A stretch of DNA of 47,592 nt from Coleofasciculus sp. B1-GNL1-01 (GTDB lineage Bacteria; Cyanobacteriota; Cyanobacteriia; Cyanobacteriales; Coleofasciculaceae), in assembly GCA_040220235.1 (NCBI GenBank), contig JAVJTO010000023.1; one strand, given 5' to 3'. The notes under the pieces are model-generated. The model worked only from the letters and a program-made list of their open reading frames with translations. It was not told where the DNA came from and ran no database searches. Position numbers and translations under genes: made by a program. Positions 41,393-47,592 of this stretch are shown here, piece after piece (the stretch's first letter is position 1; each line of letters opens with the position of its first letter).

Positions 41393-41422
41393 TGTAGAGA
41401 CGCGCCATGGCGCGTCTCTACA
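41393..41422. repeat. Perfect 30-bp GTAG-type REP palindrome
   Basis: TGTAGAGACGCGCCATGGCGCGTCTCTACA is its own reverse complement. Confidence 0.9.
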
Positions 41423-41622
41423 TAAATGATGTGTCCTAACCGCTATGGCGGTTGATATACTTCAGGATTTACTTCAATGCGATGATAAGGCACAAACAAA
41501 AAAGTGTAAATTTTGGCTACACCGAAAACACAGACTTAGCCTCAGCTTACTAACCATCTGAGTAAAGGGGAAAAAGGATAACTGAATCCCTTTCCCCCTT
41601 TGTTCCACTAGGAATAGTTATC

Positions 41623-42417
41623 CTACCATTTCCTGTTCCGGGCAGAGGATGTTTGCTTGTCAATGTCAGGTATTTCAGGTGTTTCTGGCTTAACCTCAAC
41701 CTGCGTCACCTCTGTTTCTGCGACGTTTTTTCCCACAGCAGTGACAGGTTTTGCCGCGACTACCGCCGTTGGGTCGGGTTCCACAATAATACGTTCTTGT
41801 TCTGCCACTACCTTACCATCTTGATTATTTTGATTCGATGGCTTTGCTTTCTCTGCCTTGTTTTGAACGTTATCGGCTGCACCAATCGCCGCATTTTTGG
41901 CTTGGTCGGCTTTACTCTGGAGTGAAGGTTTAGCATTCTCAGCCGCATCTTGAATCCTGTCGGCTGTCTTCACCGCAGCACTTTTGGCTTTGTCAGCTTG
42001 ACTTTCAATAGCTGGCTTAGCGTTCTCAGCCGCATCTTTTACCTTGTCGGCTGCTTTTTCCGTAGCACTTTTCGCTTGGTTAGCGGCATTTTCAATAGCT
42101 GGCTTGGCTTGTTCAGCCGCATCTTGCACTTTATCGGCTGCCTTATCCGCAGCACCTTTAAGTTTATCCGGTGCATCCTCCGGGGTAGCCTTAGCCGTCA
42201 AACCACCCGCTACAGCGCCTGTAACAGCACCCACGACTGCACCTCGTTTGCCAGCCACTTGACCACCAACTACAGCGCCAACGGCTGCGCCAGCTACACC
42301 AGCGCCAACTATACCCTTACCTTGATTGTCTTGATTGGACGAAGATTCATCGGGTTGATTGGCAGTAGGTTCAATAGGTTGATTATTTTTATCCAAAAAT
42401 TGCTTATTACTATCCAT
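41623..42417 (-). CDS. LEA-like hydrophilic repeat protein with glycine-zipper segment
   Basis: GAGVAGAAVGAVVGG; repeats of ADKVQDAAEQAKPAIE; AGGAGG RBS. Confidence 0.85.
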   Translation of the reverse strand: MDSNKQFLDKNNQPIEPTANQPDESSSNQDNQGKGIVGAGVAGAAVGAVVGGQVAGKRGAVVGAVTGAVAGGLTAKATPEDAPDKLKGAADKAADKVQDAAEQAKPAIENAANQAKSATEKAADKVKDAAENAKPAIESQADKAKSAAVKTADRIQDAAENAKPSLQSKADQAKNAAIGAADNVQNKAEKAKPSNQNNQDGKVVAEQERIIVEPDPTAVVAAKPVTAVGKNVAETEVTQVEVKPETPEIPDIDKQTSSARNRKW

Positions 42418-42702
42418 GTAGAGTTATCCTCCTTTATTGATATTGAATGTTCCCTCTTCGGGTTTAAGGCTCTGTTGTATCTTTCTTTAACTTACCAATC
42501 CACCGTTATTGCTGACGCCAAGCTAAAGGAGGATATGAGGTGATCTTGAATCAGTCGATAGATACATTTCATACCAAATCCGCTTTGAAAACCCTTTTTT
42601 GCCATGGCGATTGAAATCGCTGCTACACAAACTTTCGTCCGCCTGCGCGGACTGGATTCTAACTTATAGAACCCCCAGTTAGCGGTCACAACAGGGAGAG
42701 CC

Positions 42703-43599
42703 TCAGCGTTTCCAGAGTTTGAGCGGTTGCAGGATTTTGGCAATCCAACGGAGGGTTTCGGGTTCGGTTAAAATTCCCTGGGTGGGACTGAATAAAAATG
42801 CCAGAATAAAGAAACTAAAGACAACCATGACGATCGCGGGTCCCGATGGCAAATCCAGGTAATAGCTTAAATACATCCCCGTAACACCCGCAATCACACC
42901 AATTATTGCCCCTAATCCCATCATCTGATGCAATTCTTTGACCAAAAGATAGGCAGTAATGGCAGGACCAACCAGGAGGGAGATAACCAGCAGCACGCCC
43001 ACGGTTTGCATACTGGCGACAATCGTCAAGGTAATGGCGCAGACAAAGCCGAAATACATGGTGGTGACGGGTAAACCACTGGCTTGAGCGCCGAGGGGGT
43101 CAAAGGTGTAAAAAAGGAGTTCTTTGTAAAACAGTTTGGTTAACAGTAAAACGATGACGGTAATGATGAGCGTATGCCAGACATCGCTGGTTCTGACCCC
43201 TAAAATATCACCAAATAGAATAGAACTGAGGTCAAATTGATTTGTTTCTAAGAGGGTAATTAGGATAACTCCTAAGCCCAAAAAACTGGTTAAGGTTAAT
43301 GCCATGGCTGCATCTACCTTAACTCGCGATCGCTGATGAATACCAGCCACCACTAAAGCACTCAACGTTCCCGCGATAAACGCCCCCAGAGACAGAAATT
43401 GTTCCCCCACAAAAAAGGCGATGGATAGTCCAGGTAGAACAGCATGGGCGATCACATGAGCGATCATGATCATCTGTTGCACAATCAAATAACTCCCCAC
43501 GACTGCGCCTAAAATTCCCAGCAGCACCGCAATCGCTATGGCGTCACGCATATATCCCCACTGAAGTGGTTCAATTAACCAATCCCACATCCTATCCAC
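42703..43599 (-). CDS. Mn/Zn ABC transporter permease (ZnuB/MntB family)
   Basis: HAVLPG, LFGDIL, FDP..A..SG, VGVLLV, DLPSGP. Confidence 0.93.
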   Translation of the reverse strand: MDRMWDWLIEPLQWGYMRDAIAIAVLLGILGAVVGSYLIVQQMIMIAHVIAHAVLPGLSIAFFVGEQFLSLGAFIAGTLSALVVAGIHQRSRVKVDAAMALTLTSFLGLGVILITLLETNQFDLSSILFGDILGVRTSDVWHTLIITVIVLLLTKLFYKELLFYTFDPLGAQASGLPVTTMYFGFVCAITLTIVASMQTVGVLLVISLLVGPAITAYLLVKELHQMMGLGAIIGVIAGVTGMYLSYYLDLPSGPAIVMVVFSFFILAFLFSPTQGILTEPETLRWIAKILQPLKLWKR

Positions 43600-43696
43600 C
43601 TCATTGATTGTTGGTTTCCTATTGGTATGAATTTTTCCTGAAAATCCGTATTATGGTATCTTTAGCTTTACCGGATGTCAATTTTTGCTGATTGTT

Positions 43697-43860
43697 TAAG
43701 TAGGTGGACACAATTAAAGTGAACGGTTGAGATTAGGGAACAGGGAACAGGGAACAGGGAGCAGTAAGGGTTTGAAGGCAACTTGCAAAACTTAACACAG
43801 TACCGTTTTCTTTTGTCCGACTACTTAGTACAGCAAACAGAATTTATTCCCAGGTACTTA
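43697..43860 (+). mobile_element. MITE with two right ends (43827 and 43860) and an internal GGGAACA array
   Basis: TAAGTAGGTGGACA ... TGTCCGACTACTTA, then ... CCCAGGTACTTA. Confidence 0.75.
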
Positions 43861-43898
43861 TACTCTGTTTTTTTGCCCTAGAGTTTTCTGCATTGACA

Positions 43899-44696
43899 TT
43901 AGGCAACAACCAGGCTCATGAGTTTACCATAGGCTTTCTTAAGGTTTTCAGTTGTCAAGACTTCTGACTTTGAACCCACAGCAATTAGCTCCTTATTTAA
44001 TAGTAATATTTGATCATATTGCTCCAAGGTTTCCCCCAAATCATGACTAATAACCAATATCATTTTATTTTGAAACTTTAAGTCTTGAAAAATCTCAAAA
44101 ATAATCTCTTCTGTCTTTTGATCAATCCCAGCAAACGGCTCATCAAAAAAAAACAATTCTGCCTGTTGCGCCAACGCCCTTGCCAAAAATACTCGTTGTT
44201 GTTGTCCACCCGATAGTTCGCCAATTTGACGATGACGGTATTCAAACAAGCCCACCCGTTCTAATGCATCCTGAACAATCTCCTGGGATTGACGAGATGG
44301 ATTTTTAAACCAACCTGTGTGGATAGTGCGCCCCATCATCACCACATTCCAGACGGTAACCGGATAATTCCAGTCAATTTGGGTGCGCTGTGGTACGTAA
44401 GCAACCCGTTTTCGTTGGCTTTTCAGGGGCTTGGCGTGAAATGTGGCTACCCCTCTGGTGAGGGGAATGAGTCCCAGAATTGCTTTAATAATCGTACTTT
44501 TCCCAGCACCGTTAGGTCCCAACAGTACCGTTAACTGTCCGGGTTGGATGGAAAAGGAAACACCGGAGATTGCCCAGGTATTTCGGTAGTTGACTGCCAA
44601 ATCATGAACTTCGAGCATTACGACCTGTCTGTGAGAATGACTACCATTAACAAATTCTGCTTTCAGCTTATCGGATAGCGATTGCCATGATTTCAC
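43899..44696 (-). CDS. Mn/Zn ABC transporter ATP-binding protein (ZnuC/MntA family)
   Basis: GPNGAGKST, YVPQ, LSGGQQQR, FFDEP, SHD. Confidence 0.95.
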   Translation of the reverse strand: MKSWQSLSDKLKAEFVNGSHSHRQVVMLEVHDLAVNYRNTWAISGVSFSIQPGQLTVLLGPNGAGKSTIIKAILGLIPLTRGVATFHAKPLKSQRKRVAYVPQRTQIDWNYPVTVWNVVMMGRTIHTGWFKNPSRQSQEIVQDALERVGLFEYRHRQIGELSGGQQQRVFLARALAQQAELFFFDEPFAGIDQKTEEIIFEIFQDLKFQNKMILVISHDLGETLEQYDQILLLNKELIAVGSKSEVLTTENLKKAYGKLMSLVVA

Positions 44697-44809
44697 GCTT
44701 TGAGAAGGGATAGGGAAGCTGGGGAAGCTGGGGGAGAGGAAAATACATGAGAACTCCTGGCGAGCCGTATTGGGGATATAGCTGTCGGCATCCGTTTCAA
44801 CTCCAATAT

Positions 44810-44841
44810 TTAGAACGATTATCTATTTAGAATGATTATCA
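44810..44841. promoter_or_regulatory. Tandem Zur (FurB)-like boxes in the divergent promoter
   Basis: TTAGAACGATTATCT and TTAGAATGATTATCA versus consensus TGATAATNATTATCA. Confidence 0.75.
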
Positions 44842-44874
44842 TTATAATTGTCTCTCGGTTTCAGGAGCTTGACT

Positions 44875-45963
44875 ATGCTAAAGTATGTATTCAACCAAAC
44901 CTTGAACGGCTGGAATAGTAAGGTATTGGCATTAGCGATCGCACTGACAGGGTGTGTTCAAACCAACCAGACAACGGTTTCGCCAACAGAAGATGGGACA
45001 TCAGGTGAGAAACCCAGTGTAGTGGTGTCTCATCGCGTCCTTTGCAATTTAACTGAAGAAATTGCCCAAGACACCATTCAACTCAACTGTTTATTAGATC
45101 CGAACCAAGATCCTCACACCTACCGATCAACCCCATCGGATCGCAAAGCCGTTGAAACCGCACAACTGATCCTTTATGGTGGCTATGATGGAGAACCAGG
45201 CGTTGAGGGATTAATTGAAGCCAGCAATACATCAGCCCCTATCGTTGCTGTATTTGAGGAAGCTGTCCCCAATCCCCTGGAGGGAGAAGCACATCACCAT
45301 GATCATCATGGAGATCACCATGATCACGGGGAAAAGGAACAAGGTGAACACTCAGATCATGAAGAACACCATGCCGCCGATAAGGGGGAAAACGTTCCCG
45401 ATCCCCATGTTTGGCATGATGTGCAAAACAGCATAGCGATGGTCGATGTGATTCGCAACCAACTGACAGAGATTAATCCCGATCAGGCTGACTTTTATAC
45501 GGAAAATGCCCAACAGTTAACCACCCAACTCGACCAGTTAGATACCTGGGTCAACGCACAAGTGGAAACAATTCCTTCAGGAAAACGTAAAATTATCACC
45601 ACTCATGATGCTTTGGCTTATTATGTCAACGCTTATGGATTTGAAGCGGCGGAATCGCTACAAGGACTCAGTACCGAAGAAACCCCCTCAGCCGCACGGG
45701 TAAAGGAATTGGTAGGAACCATTGAACAAGCCAAGGTTCCCACGATTTTTGTGGAAACCACAACCAATTCCACCGCCATTGAGACTGTGGCTAGGGAAGC
45801 GAATGTCAAGGTTTGGGACCAAAAACTGTTTGTTGGTAGTCTGGGTGCCCAAAATAGTGACACGGCAACCTATATCGGAATGATGACACACAATACCTGC
45901 GCGATCGCGAAAGGGTTGGGTGGAACTTGTACTCCGTTCAAACTAATGACAGGTGAAAATTAG
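44875..45963 (+). CDS. znuA: Zinc ABC transporter solute-binding lipoprotein with His-rich loop
   Basis: Lipobox LTGC; DPHTY, DPHVW, HDA ligands; HHHDHHGDHHDH loop. Confidence 0.88.
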   Translation: MLKYVFNQTLNGWNSKVLALAIALTGCVQTNQTTVSPTEDGTSGEKPSVVVSHRVLCNLTEEIAQDTIQLNCLLDPNQDPHTYRSTPSDRKAVETAQLILYGGYDGEPGVEGLIEASNTSAPIVAVFEEAVPNPLEGEAHHHDHHGDHHDHGEKEQGEHSDHEEHHAADKGENVPDPHVWHDVQNSIAMVDVIRNQLTEINPDQADFYTENAQQLTTQLDQLDTWVNAQVETIPSGKRKIITTHDALAYYVNAYGFEAAESLQGLSTEETPSAARVKELVGTIEQAKVPTIFVETTTNSTAIETVAREANVKVWDQKLFVGSLGAQNSDTATYIGMMTHNTCAIAKGLGGTCTPFKLMTGEN

Positions 45964-47195
45964 CCTGAAGAGGAATGATACAGCGTCGGTTTGGTTAAGG
46001 CGGGTACAATGCGATCGCTCGCCATTTTCCCACCGTACAGGTTCCGTGCCACGGGTCCTATCTGGAGTGCGGCTAAACCTCCCATCACAAATAATTCACA
46101 ACCCGACCAACGCAGATGCTCGTCTAAAACGGGCAGACCCTTGACAAGCGGTACAGGATATGCGTCAATAACATCCTTAAGTAACGGGTCAACGGTGGCA
46201 TCAAAGCCAGTTCCAGTGGCATACCAAATACGTTGACATTCATAGACTTGACCATCATCACAGTCAACCTGCCACTGGTTATCCTGCCACCGTGCCTCAA
46301 CCACCTGGCATTCCGGATAAAACCTCAGCTTACCTTGCCGTTCCAGGCGGCGTAACTGAAACATCATCTTTGGCGTCATTGATCCCCCATTTCGCGCTCC
46401 CTGAATCATCTCCCACCGCCTGTGCCAATCCGGTTCAGCCCAAAAGTCCTTGAGATACTTCGGTCCCAACCAACCCGGTTCAGCATCAAACCATTTTTCC
46501 TGAAGCCGACGCCGCGACATTAACATCACCTTCGCTCCCCGTGCTGCTGCACCCACGGCTAAATGTCCACTCGTCAACCCACCCCCAATAATCAACACCT
46601 GCTCACCAACTATCGGCACGTTCCGTAAATCAACAGTTTGAGCATGGCATAATCGGTCAGTTGGATAAGCCGATGTCATCTTATCCACCCAATCCGGTAC
46701 AATCTTCCTCCCTGCACCCGTCGCCAGAACCACCCGACGAGCGATGACTGATTGCCCATTGGATAACTCTAGGCGAAATCGAGGGCGTTTGAGAACCGTG
46801 GTTGGTTTAAGGCTACTCACAGCAGCCCGAACCAGCTTATCCGGCAATCCCCACTGATGGATAACATCCTGACAAAACTCCTCAAATAGCTGCGTTCCGG
46901 GAAGATCATAGGGTGGAAAAAATGCCGACTCCCGGTTTTCGGCAAAAGAGCGCAGCGCATAAGGGTTGGGGTGGGGATGGTGAACCGCAGGGGATCTCAG
47001 ATGAGGAATGTCTAGGGCGGCAAATTGATGGAACCACCGATTCATCCATCTGCCACTAGCATCAAACACCCAAAACCTATCCTTCATTGTCTTACGTTTT
47101 TGCAGTAGGTGAGTGACTAGAGTTAGAGCCTGGGGACCTGCGCCAACAATGGCAATGTCAATGTTCGCGGGTAAGGATGCCGAATGGTTTGTCAT
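45960..47195 (-). CDS. FAD/NAD(P)-dependent oxidoreductase (flavin monooxygenase-like fold)
   Basis: GAGPQA and GGGLTS Rossmann motifs, two ATG motifs, HLRSP. Confidence 0.88.
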   Translation of the reverse strand: MTNHSASLPANIDIAIVGAGPQALTLVTHLLQKRKTMKDRFWVFDASGRWMNRWFHQFAALDIPHLRSPAVHHPHPNPYALRSFAENRESAFFPPYDLPGTQLFEEFCQDVIHQWGLPDKLVRAAVSSLKPTTVLKRPRFRLELSNGQSVIARRVVLATGAGRKIVPDWVDKMTSAYPTDRLCHAQTVDLRNVPIVGEQVLIIGGGLTSGHLAVGAAARGAKVMLMSRRRLQEKWFDAEPGWLGPKYLKDFWAEPDWHRRWEMIQGARNGGSMTPKMMFQLRRLERQGKLRFYPECQVVEARWQDNQWQVDCDDGQVYECQRIWYATGTGFDATVDPLLKDVIDAYPVPLVKGLPVLDEHLRWSGCELFVMGGLAALQIGPVARNLYGGKMASDRIVPALTKPTLYHSSSG

Positions 47196-47223
47196 GAAAA
47201 CTCTGACCTTTGATTTACAATAA

Positions 47224-47253
47224 CGATAATCGTTCTTATGATAATGATTATCA
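47224..47253. promoter_or_regulatory. Tandem Zur boxes, one a perfect consensus match
   Basis: TGATAATGATTATCA at 47239-47253; CGATAATCGTTCTTA at 47224-47238. Confidence 0.85.
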
Positions 47254-47275
47254 CAATTGTGACGCCGAGTAACCC

Positions 47276-47374
47276 CTCAATCTGTGCCAAAGCATTTGGG
47301 GCGGCACAAACTGCCCAAGTACCACCCAACACCACTGGGTTCACGATTACAGTATTCCACCATGTTTTTGCCAT
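47276..47374 (-). pseudogene. Inverted 5' end (start codon and signal peptide) of a cyanobacterial SLH/OprB-type porin
   Basis: MAKTWWNTVIVNPVVLGGTWAVCAAPNALAQIE resembles porin leaders; preceded by GTGTGAGGAGT RBS. Confidence 0.8.
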
Positions 47375-47378
47375 AGTT

Positions 47379-47389
47379 ACTCCTCACAC
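47379..47389 (-). promoter_or_regulatory. Yfr1 sRNA target site overlapping the RBS (GTGTGAGGAGT)
   Basis: Exact complement of the conserved Yfr1 motif ACUCCUCACAC. Confidence 0.75.
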
Positions 47390-47424
47390 CCTATTCAGTT
47401 CTAAGGTCTTGCCCGATCACCTAG

Positions 47425-47592
47425 CGGTACAACCCCATCACCCAAACGAATGCTCTTGAGCAAGTCACCAGTGTCTCTCAGTTACGAGATGTTTCCCCTG
47501 GCGATTGGGCGTATGAAGCCCTACGCAGTCTGGTGGAACGGTATGGTTGTATCGCGGGCTATCCCGATGGCACCTATCGCGGGAATCGAGCC
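47425..47592 (+). pseudogene. Body of a cyanobacterial SLH-domain outer-membrane porin with no start in this orientation; runs off the window
   Basis: RYNPITQTNALEQVTSVSQLRDVSPGDWAYEALRSLVERYGCIAGYPDGTYRGNRA; in-frame TAG at 47422-47424 directly upstream. Confidence 0.92.

Noticed and set aside
41653..42543. + strand ORFs opposite the LEA-like gene
   Set aside because: Shadow ORFs produced by repetitive low-complexity codons
47379..47389. A bona fide Yfr1 gene on the + strand
   Set aside because: Lacks the flanking 5' hairpin and terminator; better explained as the complement of the porin RBS
47238..47459. 73-aa + strand ORF
   Set aside because: Starts within the Zur box, is antisense to the porin leader and is out of frame with the porin body

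Overview
Chromosomal segment of a filamentous cyanobacterium. Evidence: abundant HIP1 GCGATCGC octamers, STRR heptamer arrays, GTAG-type REP palindromes and TA-flanked MITEs; Coleofasciculus-like assignment is inference only. It contains minCDE, sds, cysE, an RRM protein, pfkA, moaC, tRNA-Arg(ACG), dnaA-oriC-dnaN, def, tldD, rodZ-like, coaE, an aldehyde dehydrogenase, acs, sqdB/sqdX, a LOV-containing multi-PAS histidine kinase, an AAA_35/PAS/WD40 gene pair, PEP-CTERM and LEA-like genes, and a Zur-box-flanked zinc-uptake cluster. The strongest unexplained signal is at the right end. A ~149-bp segment (about 47276-47424) carrying the 5'UTR, a Yfr1-type RBS and the signal peptide of an SLH-domain outer-membrane porin lies inverted relative to the porin body. 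Re-inverting it restores one in-frame gene downstream of tandem Zur boxes. Also notable: an orphan IS605/TnpB right end of omegaRNA-scaffold size whose terminal TCAA supplies a neighbouring stop codon, and an 82-bp IS200/IS605-type mini-element.
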